A DNA stretch of 53,409 bases from a virus. Lineage: Duplodnaviria > Caudoviricetes. Where the stretch lies: IMG/VR virus record IMGVR_UViG_3300027071_000001, positions 1 to 53,409 of that record; one strand, 5' to 3'. The notes beneath the pieces are model-generated. The model saw nothing but the letters and a program-made list of their open reading frames with translations, had not been told where the DNA came from and searched no databases. Both the position numbers and the translations under genes were made by a program. How positions within the stretch are numbered: the first letter of the stretch is position 1; every line of letters begins with the position of its first letter. This document shows positions 26,779-36,060 of the stretch, piece after piece.

Positions 26779-28658
26779 ACCCTGAAGACCTTCCGCGCAT
26801 TAACCTTGACGAGGCGCTCAATTCAGGGTACGCACCTGTTGCTGTCGGGCGTGATCAGGGCCAAGAGTACATTGTGATTGCGCCTGAGGGATCGGATCTG
26901 CCGTTCGAAACGGATGCTCCTCGTACCTATATGACGGCCGAAGAGCACTCGCAGATGCTGACTGAGCGTGAAGGTGGTCAGCAACTGCAGGCGCCAATAC
27001 GGACTCGAGTCGAAGGCATTGCGTCACGTGGTCGTCCCTCTCCTGCGCCTCAGGACATACCGGTCGAAACGCCTGAGCAGCTGCGTGTTGGTATCGGTCC
27101 GGCTACGAATGAGGTTCGGGTACAGCCTCGTGTCGACCTTGCTCGCGGCGTGGGCTTCGGCGCAGGTGGTCCGGTAGGACCTCTTAATGCAGAGCTCGGC
27201 TCTTCTTCTCCCTCACCATTCACTTCATGGACGCGTCAGGAGTACAATCGTGACCTGATAGGTCAGAAGGGCCTCAGAGTCTACGATCGTATGCGCAAAT
27301 CCGATGGTACCGTTCGCGGAACCCTTCGTCTGGCCAAGACTCCTGTGCTAGCGGGGCAGTGGTCGATGAAGCCTGCTACGTCGAAGACGCAAGACCAGAA
27401 CATTGCCGACTGGGTTTGGAACAACCTGACGTCGTGGATGACGAGCTCTTGGCCCCAGACGCTTACCGAGGCCTTGCTGATGCTCGAGTTCGGGTATTAC
27501 ATGTTCGAAGAGGTCTTCGCTCCTGGTGAGCAGGTCACAGCAGACCCTTCCGCTCGTGGCAAGATTTGCTGGAAGAAGTGGGCGCCTCGGCACCCGATGG
27601 ACGTGCGTCAGTGGTTCTTCGACCTTCAGGGCGGGCCTCTCTCCGTCGACATGTGGTCCAGCCCGACTTTCGTTCCGACGCTTGAGGGTGGCACTGCCTT
27701 GGGCGCGTTCTTGCAGTATACCAACATTCCGATCAACAAGCTGGTCGTCTTCACGTTCGACAAGGAGGCTGGGAACATTGAAGGGATTAGCCTCCTCCGC
27801 TCGGCTTACAAGCACTGGTACTACAAGGACAACTTGTACAAGATTGATGCGATTCAGAAGGAGCGTCATGGTATTGGGGTGCCTGTCATCACGCTTCCAC
27901 AGGGCTACAGTCCAGACGACCTTCAGCTGGCCGACGCTCTGGGTCGGAACCTGCGTACGAACGACCGTGCGCATGTTGTTCTGCCACCGCTTTGGACTTT
28001 GTCTTTTGCAGAGCTGAGGGGTCAGCCTGTCGACTGTATTCGCTCAATAGAGCACCACGACGTTCAGATCGAGAAGCAGATCCTCGGACAGTTTCTACAG
28101 CCGAACATGAAGACGGCTGAGGCGGATCAGACGCTGTTCTTGAAGGCGACACGGTTCACAGCGGATATCGTGACCGACGTGATCAACTTGTACGCCATTC
28201 CGCAGCTTGTAGATATGAACTGGGCTGGTGCGCTGTACCCAAAGCTGACGGTGAAGCGGATTGGCGAGCAGGAGGACTGGCGTACGGCTTCGTTCACGCT
28301 CAGGAACCTCGTCGGAGCTGGTGTCATCGTGCCTGACGACCCGCTAGAGAACCACATGCGCGACGAGCTCGGCTTCCCGCCTGCAGACCCTGCGACCTCT
28401 CGTCTTGTGCGCTCGACGTTCAACCGCAACGTCGCACAGCCTGCACCTTCGGAACTGGCAGGCTCTCCTGCCGACATCGAGGCTGCATTCAAGTCCGGTC
28501 AGATCACGCCGGAGCAGTATCAGCAGATGATTAATGCAGCGCCGTCTCAGGCTCAGGGACAGGTAGCAGGTGCACCTCGTCAGACGCCACCTACAGCGAC
28601 GCCGCCTTCTACGGGCCGTGGTGACGGCTCAGGTACCTCTGGAAGGAGAGGACAGTGA
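26775..28658 (+). CDS. portal protein (Mu gp29/DUF935-like)
   Basis: GISLLRSAY..WYYK, ERHGIGVP, ILGQ; follows TerL. Confidence 0.9.
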   Translation: MNPEDLPRINLDEALNSGYAPVAVGRDQGQEYIVIAPEGSDLPFETDAPRTYMTAEEHSQMLTEREGGQQLQAPIRTRVEGIASRGRPSPAPQDIPVETPEQLRVGIGPATNEVRVQPRVDLARGVGFGAGGPVGPLNAELGSSSPSPFTSWTRQEYNRDLIGQKGLRVYDRMRKSDGTVRGTLRLAKTPVLAGQWSMKPATSKTQDQNIADWVWNNLTSWMTSSWPQTLTEALLMLEFGYYMFEEVFAPGEQVTADPSARGKICWKKWAPRHPMDVRQWFFDLQGGPLSVDMWSSPTFVPTLEGGTALGAFLQYTNIPINKLVVFTFDKEAGNIEGISLLRSAYKHWYYKDNLYKIDAIQKERHGIGVPVITLPQGYSPDDLQLADALGRNLRTNDRAHVVLPPLWTLSFAELRGQPVDCIRSIEHHDVQIEKQILGQFLQPNMKTAEADQTLFLKATRFTADIVTDVINLYAIPQLVDMNWAGALYPKLTVKRIGEQEDWRTASFTLRNLVGAGVIVPDDPLENHMRDELGFPPADPATSRLVRSTFNRNVAQPAPSELAGSPADIEAAFKSGQITPEQYQQMINAAPSQAQGQVAGAPRQTPPTATPPSTGRGDGSGTSGRRGQ

Positions 28659-28969
28659 CGCGTTACGTGTATGACCATCCCGACGGCAAAGGGTTCGGTG
28701 AGCATCACGTCGAGAAGGGACGCCCTCTCCTCGAACGGCGATCGGCCGCTTGGCAGGGCGTCGATGGAGATGCCGAGCCGCGCGAGGGCGAGCTGACAAT
28801 GAAGGACCTCGATATGCCTTCTGGTACGCGAGTCGAGCTCCTCGAACACGACAAGGACCGCGACTTGCACAGGGTCGGCTGGGTCGACAGCCAAGGCACT
28901 GAGCGAATCACCTCCATCGAGCCGGCCTTCTTCCGAGAGCACTTTGCAGAGGTGGCGGAGTCAGAATGA
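28655..28969 (+). CDS. hypothetical virion-region protein
   Basis: GTGA/ATGA coupling. Confidence 0.6.
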   Translation: MTRYVYDHPDGKGFGEHHVEKGRPLLERRSAAWQGVDGDAEPREGELTMKDLDMPSGTRVELLEHDKDRDLHRVGWVDSQGTERITSIEPAFFREHFAEVAESE

Positions 28970-29415
28970 GTACTATCTCAGCCGGACAGTTGATGACTAC
29001 TGCTGAGCAGGAGGCTCTAGCACAGGTCTTCCGCAAGACGCAGGGACCTGTCACTTCTAACTACTACTTGGCGTTGCTGACCAACGCTACTTCAGCCTCG
29101 GTAGACAATACCTGGACGACGATGGCACAGGTGACCGAGTACGGCGCTTCGGGCTATGCGCGTCAGATCTACGGTCCTGGTACGCCATCGGTCGCTTCTC
29201 CTAGCGTCATCTCCAACGCAGGCGTGATCACGTTCGGTCCAATGACGTCTTCTCCTGGTACGACGATCAACTGGGGTATGGGTACCGACGCTACTGGTGC
29301 TGGGTCGGGTACGACCGCGAAGCTCATGTGTGCCTTCCTCGTTACTACTCCTCGTACTCCGATCTCCGGCGACTCGGTTCAGGCAGCTGCTGCAGCGTTC
29401 ACTGCGCAGGTCTGA
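28966..29415 (+). CDS. fibre/decoration-type structural protein
   Basis: YLALLT...EY..SGYARQ...SNAG.ITFG...GDS pattern seen in small phage virion proteins. Confidence 0.55.
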   Translation: MSTISAGQLMTTAEQEALAQVFRKTQGPVTSNYYLALLTNATSASVDNTWTTMAQVTEYGASGYARQIYGPGTPSVASPSVISNAGVITFGPMTSSPGTTINWGMGTDATGAGSGTTAKLMCAFLVTTPRTPISGDSVQAAAAAFTAQV

Positions 29416-29714
29416 TGACTACTCACCAGCTCGTGTTCGGCTCAGGTCCGTCTACCAACGAGTCGCGCGAGTATCCGTGTCAGGCAAAGGGTGTTGGGCC
29501 TCACGCTATCGAGTGCGGTGCGACTCCGTCGAGTCTCTGGGAGCGCTACTGCCGCAACGGCCACATCAGGGAAGTCAGACTGTGTCCCTCGCATGCCTTG
29601 ATCATTGCGCGAGGCTTTGGCGTTTGTACTCAGTGCATAGAGCGAGGTATAACTAGCGAGGCGCTGCTCCGTCCTAAGGACTTGGTCTTGCTTGGCCATG
29701 TTGGAGGACATTAG
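29415..29714 (+). CDS. Cys-rich hypothetical protein
   Basis: TGATG coupling; multiple Cys. Confidence 0.5.
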   Translation: MTTHQLVFGSGPSTNESREYPCQAKGVGPHAIECGATPSSLWERYCRNGHIREVRLCPSHALIIARGFGVCTQCIERGITSEALLRPKDLVLLGHVGGH

Positions 29715-29730
29715 TGTTAGGTGGTGAGCC

Positions 29731-30450
29731 GTGGCGTGGACGCTGGTGCAGCAGTCCGCTGCGCAGACCACCACAGGAACTAACACGCTGCCAGCAGGTT
29801 CGACGCAAGGCAACCTGCTAGCGGCGGTGGTTACTAACGGTAGTGCTACTGCCCTGTCTCCGCCAGCGGGCTGGTCGACGATCGTATCGATTGTCAACGG
29901 CACCGTATCCGAGTCCTACATCTTCACTTACTACAACAATCCGGGCGGACTGAGCAGTTTCGCCTTCACAGGCGGATCAGGTGCGATCTCCGCTTCTATC
30001 ATGGAATTCACCTGTCCTAATGTGGGTGCACTTGCGGGTACGTCTAGCACAGGCAGCACAACAGCAGGAGCGGTCAACTCTATCGGGCCGTCTCAGGGTG
30101 CCAACGCTAAGATTGGCGACCTGATCATCATGGGGGCGGAAGAGCATCTTCTGTCGGCATCGGCGATTACCTGGACTAAGCCAGGCGCGCTCCTCCAATG
30201 CTCCGGCCTGGTCGTGGCAAGTGCGCTCGACTTCGGCTGGGCCGGATACAGTCTGTCGTCCACTGTCAACGGGTCCGCTGCGTACGGCGTCACGTCTAGC
30301 GTGACGTCGACTAGCGCCAACGGGTGGACTGGTGTCATTGCTACGTTTACCCAACCACCTGGAGGGCTGCTTCCGCAGCAGCTACGTCAGCGCATCTCGA
30401 TTCAAGCTACGAGTAAGTCTGCACGTCCCATCGCCACATTTAGGAGTTAA
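29731..30450 (+). CDS. beta-sandwich structural protein
   Basis: GNLLAAVV...PPAGW..; Thr/Ser/Gly-rich duplicated domain. Confidence 0.55.
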   Translation: MAWTLVQQSAAQTTTGTNTLPAGSTQGNLLAAVVTNGSATALSPPAGWSTIVSIVNGTVSESYIFTYYNNPGGLSSFAFTGGSGAISASIMEFTCPNVGALAGTSSTGSTTAGAVNSIGPSQGANAKIGDLIIMGAEEHLLSASAITWTKPGALLQCSGLVVASALDFGWAGYSLSSTVNGSAAYGVTSSVTSTSANGWTGVIATFTQPPGGLLPQQLRQRISIQATSKSARPIATFRS

Positions 30451-30452
30451 CC

Positions 30453-30968
30453 ATGGCCGAGTATCTAGTGTCTCCGCATGCTACTACCGCGCCGTTTGAG
30501 CCGACCGTGGTGGCGCTGGTAGCCAACACTACCAAGACGGTACTTCAGGTAGCTACGCCTGCCACTACCGACATCCGGATTATTGGGTGGAGCGTCAGCT
30601 TCGACGGTGCGTCTGGCACAGCCATCCCTGTCATCTGCCATTTGCTTGCGACCGATGTAGGTGCCTCCGGTCTCACTGCGCAGACTCCTGAGACCTGGGG
30701 TAACGATCTGCAGCCTGCGTCCCTGTGCGTGGGTGGTGCGGCGGCTACCGGGCACGGTGGCGGCGTCACTCCCACCGAAGGAGTAATTACCGTGGTGCGG
30801 TACTTTGACTCTCAGCACGTGCACCCGCAGGCTGGATACGGAATCCTCTGGCCAGAAGGACCGTTCCAGCCGAAGGTACCGGTTTCGCGGTTCTTGCGTA
30901 TTCGGTGCCGAGCGCAGGCTGCGGTCAACGTAATCCCGCAGATTTTCTGGGCCGAGCCTAGCGTCTGA
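30453..30968 (+). CDS. structural protein candidate
   Basis: AGGAG SD; beta-rich. Confidence 0.55.
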   Translation: MAEYLVSPHATTAPFEPTVVALVANTTKTVLQVATPATTDIRIIGWSVSFDGASGTAIPVICHLLATDVGASGLTAQTPETWGNDLQPASLCVGGAAATGHGGGVTPTEGVITVVRYFDSQHVHPQAGYGILWPEGPFQPKVPVSRFLRIRCRAQAAVNVIPQIFWAEPSV

Positions 30969-30980
30969 TTAGGAGTAGCA

Positions 30981-32462
30981 GTGCCGGTTCGTGGTGCAGG
31001 CGCTACGATATACAGGGCGCCTGCTCCCATTCCGACTCAGGGCATCGTCTATGCTCTGGTCGGTACATCGGCTAACACGAGTACTGCTTCTGGTGCGATT
31101 ACAGAGCTCATAGCGGTTCTAGGTACAGCCTCTAACGTCTCGGCGGCCTCGGGGTCAGTAACACTGACTCTAGCCATGGCGGGTACAGCTTCCAACTCGT
31201 CTAGCGCTTCGGGTTCAGTAACTCTGACACCAGCTGTGATTGCAGGCACCGCATCCAACACGTCTAGTGCTTCAGGCAGTATAAGCCTGCTAGAGGCAAT
31301 TGCTGGTACAGCTTCTAGCGTCTCGGCGGCTTCCGGTGCTCTACGACTGACGATGCAGTTCGTTGGTACTGCTTCTAACGTCTCTACTGCTAGTGGTGCC
31401 TTCCTACCCGCTGCGCTCGCAGGCACAGCTTCTAACGTCAGTCAGGCCAGCGGCGCTTTCTTGCCTGCAGCGCTTGCCGGAACGGCTTCCAACGTCTCTA
31501 CTGCTACTGGCGCGTTCGCAGGCATAATTCTAGCAGGTACAGCTTCTAACGTTTCTGCTGCTAGCGGCACTATCACTCTAGTCATAGGTGCTGCTGGGAC
31601 TGCTTCTACCGTCAGTCACGCTTCCGGCGCGTTCATTGCAGCCACACTGGCAGGCACTTCTATTTCCGCCAGCCATGCAAGCGGAGCATTCGTAGCGGCT
31701 CCTGTGGCCGGCGTAGCCGCTACTGTGAGTTCCGCGTCGGGTACCTTCGGGCTCATTCGTGTGCTTGCTGGTACGTCTGCCAATGTCAGTGGTGCCACTG
31801 GTGCGTTCGTTGAGCTTGAAGGTTTGGCAGGTACGGCTAGTAGCACGTCTGCAGCGACGGGTGCGTTTGTAGCTGTTACTAGACCGCCGTTGCACCTGGG
31901 CGGTACTATTGTTGACACTAACCTCCTAGGCGGTACTGTTGCCGACACTAACTATCTGGGTGGGTCAGTTGTCGGCAACGTACTAGGTGGTTCGGTTGTA
32001 GGTAACCTTCTGGGCGGCACCGCTGCTGATACTAACCATCTGGGTGGATCGGTTTCTGATACTAACTACTTCAGCGGTACGGCTTCTGTCCTACCGACTA
32101 TCGCAGGATCACTGGAGGATTGGACAATGCAAGAAGTAGACATTCTTCTAGGCGAGTTCAACGACGAGACCTTGGCAGTAACCATTACGAGTAGCGGTGC
32201 TGCCTACGATCTCACAGGCAAGACTCTGCAAGCTCTGTTCAAGACGGCAGCTGGTATACCCGATACTGATCCAACGACTATCAAGTTGACGTCGCCTAGC
32301 GGTGGTATCGTCATCACGAATGCACCTGGTGGTTTGGCGACGGTTACCATTCCGCATGCTGACCTTTCGGCAACGGGAATTACCTTCTGGCGTCTAGACG
32401 TCGTAACGGGTACTCTACAGAACACTGCGATGTTCGGGAAGGTGGGCATTACGCCGTTGTAA
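30981..32462 (+). CDS. repeat-containing fibre protein
   Basis: About 14 x (AGTASNVSAASG...) and 7 x (LGG.V.DTN) repeats; C-terminal DLTG domain. Confidence 0.7.
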   Translation: MPVRGAGATIYRAPAPIPTQGIVYALVGTSANTSTASGAITELIAVLGTASNVSAASGSVTLTLAMAGTASNSSSASGSVTLTPAVIAGTASNTSSASGSISLLEAIAGTASSVSAASGALRLTMQFVGTASNVSTASGAFLPAALAGTASNVSQASGAFLPAALAGTASNVSTATGAFAGIILAGTASNVSAASGTITLVIGAAGTASTVSHASGAFIAATLAGTSISASHASGAFVAAPVAGVAATVSSASGTFGLIRVLAGTSANVSGATGAFVELEGLAGTASSTSAATGAFVAVTRPPLHLGGTIVDTNLLGGTVADTNYLGGSVVGNVLGGSVVGNLLGGTAADTNHLGGSVSDTNYFSGTASVLPTIAGSLEDWTMQEVDILLGEFNDETLAVTITSSGAAYDLTGKTLQALFKTAAGIPDTDPTTIKLTSPSGGIVITNAPGGLATVTIPHADLSATGITFWRLDVVTGTLQNTAMFGKVGITPL

Positions 32463-32482
32463 CACATGGGAACAGGGAGCTC

Positions 32483-32520
32483 TAGATGCATCCAGTGGTT
32501 TCCCGATATAATAGAAGACA
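32483..32520 (+). promoter_or_regulatory. second virion-arm promoter (TATAAT 32507-32512)
   Basis: 24/25 match to 23966-23990. Confidence 0.7.
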
Positions 32521-32535
32521 GTAGTAGGAGTCAAT

Positions 32536-32880
32536 ATGTCAGTATACAGTCCCAGCGGGTCTGGGAACGTTCACGTCGACCGCATCATGGGAACAGGAGG
32601 TAGACGCGTGGCAGCTAGGTCAGGCGGCAGCTCCGGTAGGTCCAGGGGTGGAGGCAGAGCCAGGAAGGGAATGGGCTTCAAGGCTGCTGCAGCGAGCGCT
32701 GCCAAGTCTGCTGGTGTGTCGCCGAAGCAGGGTGCTGCGATAGTTGCAGCAGCTGCGCAGAAGGCTAGCCCCAAGGCGAAGGCAGCCAACCCCAACTTGA
32801 AGAAGGTCGCCGCCAAGGGTACCATGAAAGGACCTGGTGGCAAGTTCGTCAAGAAGCCTGCCGGAAAGAGTGGCAAATGA
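32536..32880 (+). CDS. histone-like Lys/Ala/Gly-rich protein with capsid-like N-terminal peptide
   Basis: AGGAG SD; KAAAASAAKSAG...KKPAGKSGK; N-terminus resembles that of the MCP. Confidence 0.75.
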   Translation: MSVYSPSGSGNVHVDRIMGTGGRRVAARSGGSSGRSRGGGRARKGMGFKAAAASAAKSAGVSPKQGAAIVAAAAQKASPKAKAANPNLKKVAAKGTMKGPGGKFVKKPAGKSGK

Positions 32881-34010
32881 GTCGCTACGGATACTGGGTC
32901 GACTTGCTGGGTAAGCAGTTCGACAATGCTTCGTGGGTTCACGCGCTGCCCATCGGTGAGTATGAGCATCCGGTGTACGGCAAGATGAGCTTCACTCCCG
33001 AGCGCATTAGGCGTTTTGCCCAGAGCGTGAAGGATCGTATTCGGGGCATCGATCTGGATGTCGACTACGATCACAAGGCGAACGGCGGCCAGGCTGCGGG
33101 TTGGGTCAAGGACGCCGATGTTCGTTCTGACGGTCTGTACCTCCAGGTCGATTGGACGCCACGTGCTTCTGAGGCGATCCAGAACAAGGAGTACAGGTAC
33201 TTCAGTCCTGAGTTCGACGACGAGTGGACGGACGCCTCGGGTGTCAAGCACGAGGACATCTTGTTCGGTGGTGCACTCACGAACCGGCCCTTCTTGAAGG
33301 ACCTCCTGCCCGTCAACCTGTCAGAGATCACCGCAACCAAGAAGGCAAGTGAAGGAGGTCAGATGGGACCTGAGCAGATCAGGGAGTTGCTCGGTCTCGA
33401 GAAGGACGCTACGGACGAGCAGGTCAAGGCGAAGATTGCGGAGCTTACGTCCAGTCCGCCAGCGCCCACGCCTCCTGCTCCTACGCCTCCGGCACCGGCG
33501 CCTACTCCCGAGCCCACGCTAACGCCTGCAGCTCTTGGCGATGCGGTCGCCAAGGCGCTCGCCGAGCACCCGATGTTGAAGGACATCGAACGTCGTCTCG
33601 TCGAGAGCCAGCGCGCACAGACGTTCGCCGAGACCAGACAGCGACTCGAGCGCATCACGGCGACCCAGAATGGCAGGCAGTACGTCCTGCCTCCGGCGGT
33701 CATCGATGCAGTCGCCGAGGGGTCTGCGCTCTCCGACCCCTCCGAGATGGCCAAGAAGTTCGTCGACGCCATCGAGTCGTTCGGTCGCGTCGGGTTCGTC
33801 GAACTCGGCGAGCGAGGTCGTACTCGTAACGGCCAGGAGAAGACCGCTACGCAGCAGCTGTCCGAGCTTGTTGCGACGGCTCAAGCAGACCACATACGGA
33901 CGACCGGCAAGGCGCTGTCGACTACCGATGCGATTCGTCAGGTCGTCAGCGTCAATCCCGAACTGTACCTGGCTTACCGCCAGGACTCGTACGCCGGGAA
34001 GGAGGAGTAG
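32877..34010 (+). CDS. Mu gpI-like capsid maturation protease plus scaffold
   Basis: DYDH, AAGWV, VDWT, EYRYFSPEF, GALTNRPF; internal SD-ATG at 33363. Confidence 0.92.
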   Translation: MSRYGYWVDLLGKQFDNASWVHALPIGEYEHPVYGKMSFTPERIRRFAQSVKDRIRGIDLDVDYDHKANGGQAAGWVKDADVRSDGLYLQVDWTPRASEAIQNKEYRYFSPEFDDEWTDASGVKHEDILFGGALTNRPFLKDLLPVNLSEITATKKASEGGQMGPEQIRELLGLEKDATDEQVKAKIAELTSSPPAPTPPAPTPPAPAPTPEPTLTPAALGDAVAKALAEHPMLKDIERRLVESQRAQTFAETRQRLERITATQNGRQYVLPPAVIDAVAEGSALSDPSEMAKKFVDAIESFGRVGFVELGERGRTRNGQEKTATQQLSELVATAQADHIRTTGKALSTTDAIRQVVSVNPELYLAYRQDSYAGKEE

Positions 34011-34013
34011 CCA

Positions 34014-34529
34014 ATGCCTGGTATGGATCATGTTCTGGCGAAGGGCTTTCTCGCTACTGGTGGCGCGGTCGCTTATCCGCAGTGGTCGGTCGTACAGCAG
34101 GTCTCAGCGGTCGGGCTCGTTCCTGCAGCCGTGCAGCTTGCGCCTACTACCGCTGGCACAGCTGCAGGTAGCGTCGACATCGTCGGCGTGTGTCAGGAGC
34201 CTCTGGACGCGACCAAGACTGTGACTGGCAAGGCGTTCATCAACGTCGCGCTCTCCGGCAACGTCAAGTGCATCTGGGACGGTACGACAGGTGGCACTAC
34301 GCCGTGGGCTACCGTCGGTGTCGCTCCTGCTCTGGGATGCTACGTCGTGCCTTCGCAGGCAGTAGCAGGACGAGTCAAGTTCCTGCCGCCAACGGGAAGC
34401 GGTGGCCTAGGCTACGGAGTGATCGGTATGCTGATCGCTCTTCCGGGCTCGCCTCTTCCGACGTTCGGAGCCGGTGCAGCTGCAGGCGACTTGTTCGACT
34501 GCATGCTCATGGTTGGATCAAGGGTCTAG
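34014..34529 (+). CDS. capsid decoration/cement protein
   Basis: Between protease and MCP; IVGV.QE, GRV, AAAGD. Confidence 0.6.
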   Translation: MPGMDHVLAKGFLATGGAVAYPQWSVVQQVSAVGLVPAAVQLAPTTAGTAAGSVDIVGVCQEPLDATKTVTGKAFINVALSGNVKCIWDGTTGGTTPWATVGVAPALGCYVVPSQAVAGRVKFLPPTGSGGLGYGVIGMLIALPGSPLPTFGAGAAAGDLFDCMLMVGSRV

Positions 34530-34544
34530 GGAGGAGGAAGCTGA

Positions 34545-34922
34545 ATGTTCGCAGACACCGACCTAGCCTGGGCCGCAGGCATCATCGATGGAGAAGGATC
34601 CATCGGTGCGTACACGCAGGGCAACAGTACCAATACTCTGTCGGTGACAGTCGGTAGTACCGACTTCAGAATGGTGCAGAAGCTGTACGACATGTTCGGG
34701 GGTCACCTCCGTGAGGCCAACCCTTGCGCTTCCGGCAGGACCTTCTGGCACTGGAAGGCTACGGCTAAGTGTGCTACTAGCATGCTACAGCTAGTCCTTC
34801 CTTATCTCGTTACCAAGAGGGAGCAGGCCGAGGTAGCTCTCGTCTTCTCGGGGACAACAGGCCGTCCCGAACGGCAGGAGCTTGCAGATAAGCTCCGCGA
34901 AATGAAGAAGGCGGTGCGTTAG
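34545..34922 (+). mobile_element. free-standing single-motif LAGLIDADG homing endonuclease
   Basis: LAWAAGIIDGEGSI, MFGG, LPYLVTKREQA. Confidence 0.9.
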
Positions 34923-34924
34923 AC

Positions 34925-36052
34925 TTGGCTGTGTATGCCCCAACAGGGTCTGGCAACGTCCACATCGATATCGTTCTCACGCAGATCAGCGTCGCGTGGC
35001 CGAACGAAGGATTGGTTGGACAAGCGCTCTTCCCGTCGGTGCCTGTCCAGAAGCAGTCCAACAAGTACTACATCTTCCAAGGTCGTGAGGGCTGGTATCC
35101 GGCTCTCGACGACGCACGAGCTCCAGGTACGGAGGCCAACGAGGTTCCGGGCCTGACCGTCTCAGTCGGTTCGTACTACGCTCAGGAGCACGCGCTCCAG
35201 ATCGCAGTCACCGACGAAGAGCGGGAGAACGCTGACAGTCCGCTCAGTCCGGACATCGACGGCGCGGAGATGCTCGCGTCCAGGATCGCGCTGGGCAAGG
35301 AGTACAGGATCTACAACCTGGTTACTACCGCCGCGAACTTCAACTCGACCCTGACCAACGCGATGTCCGGCTCGCCGGCGAACGGCTTCGGCGTGTACTG
35401 GGACACCTCGGCGACTGCGACTCCTGTGAAGGACATCAGGACAGCAATGCGGCTGGTTCACAAGCTGGCGTTCCTCCAGCCGAACACAGCGATCATTCCT
35501 TACAAGGTCATGTCCGCACTCGAAGACGCGCAGGACTTCATCACGCGCATCCAGTACGTCGAGCGTGCCATCCTGACGCCAGACCTCGTCGCCGCGTGTC
35601 TCAGCCTGGACAACGTCACGGTGCCAGGCTTTGGTATCGCGACCAACAACCCCGGCCAGGTGCTGGCGCTGTCCTACCTCTGGAACATCGAGGTCCTACT
35701 CGCCTACACGCCTCCGCGTCCTGGTCTCAAGGTCCCAGCCTTCGGCTACCAGTTCACCTGGGGCTTCGCAGGCGGCGGAGGTGGCGGTCTGGGCTTGGGT
35801 TCTGGCGCGTTCTCGGGTGAGGGCATCGACAACGGTCCTGGTGGAACGCTCAATCCGTCTTCACCAGGTAGCAGCCGTTCGAGCAACCTCGCCGGCGGCA
35901 TCGTCGACAGGTGGCGTGAAGAGCGTCGCGCTTCCGACGTCGTTCGGTTCCGGCAGCGCTACGACCTAGAGCTGATCGGGCTGGACACGAACAACAAGTC
36001 GATCTGCGGCTTCCTCTTCACCAACGTCCTCAGTGGCTCCTTCGTCGGTTAG
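34925..36052 (+). CDS. major capsid protein (lambda gpE-like)
   Basis: HID.VLTQISVA, LFP.VPVQK, RAPGTEA, EHAL, P.FGY.F; position and codon bias. Confidence 0.9.
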   Translation: MAVYAPTGSGNVHIDIVLTQISVAWPNEGLVGQALFPSVPVQKQSNKYYIFQGREGWYPALDDARAPGTEANEVPGLTVSVGSYYAQEHALQIAVTDEERENADSPLSPDIDGAEMLASRIALGKEYRIYNLVTTAANFNSTLTNAMSGSPANGFGVYWDTSATATPVKDIRTAMRLVHKLAFLQPNTAIIPYKVMSALEDAQDFITRIQYVERAILTPDLVAACLSLDNVTVPGFGIATNNPGQVLALSYLWNIEVLLAYTPPRPGLKVPAFGYQFTWGFAGGGGGGLGLGSGAFSGEGIDNGPGGTLNPSSPGSSRSSNLAGGIVDRWREERRASDVVRFRQRYDLELIGLDTNNKSICGFLFTNVLSGSFVG

Positions 36053-36060
36053 GAGATCAG

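Noticed and set aside
31050-32080. CRISPR-like repeats (GGTACAGCTTCTAACGTC)
   Set aside because: Degenerate at third positions and in frame: these are protein repeats
1667-34922. Group I introns around the three LAGLIDADG ORFs
   Set aside because: Each ORF abuts or overlaps intact neighbouring genes, leaving no room for a ribozyme core
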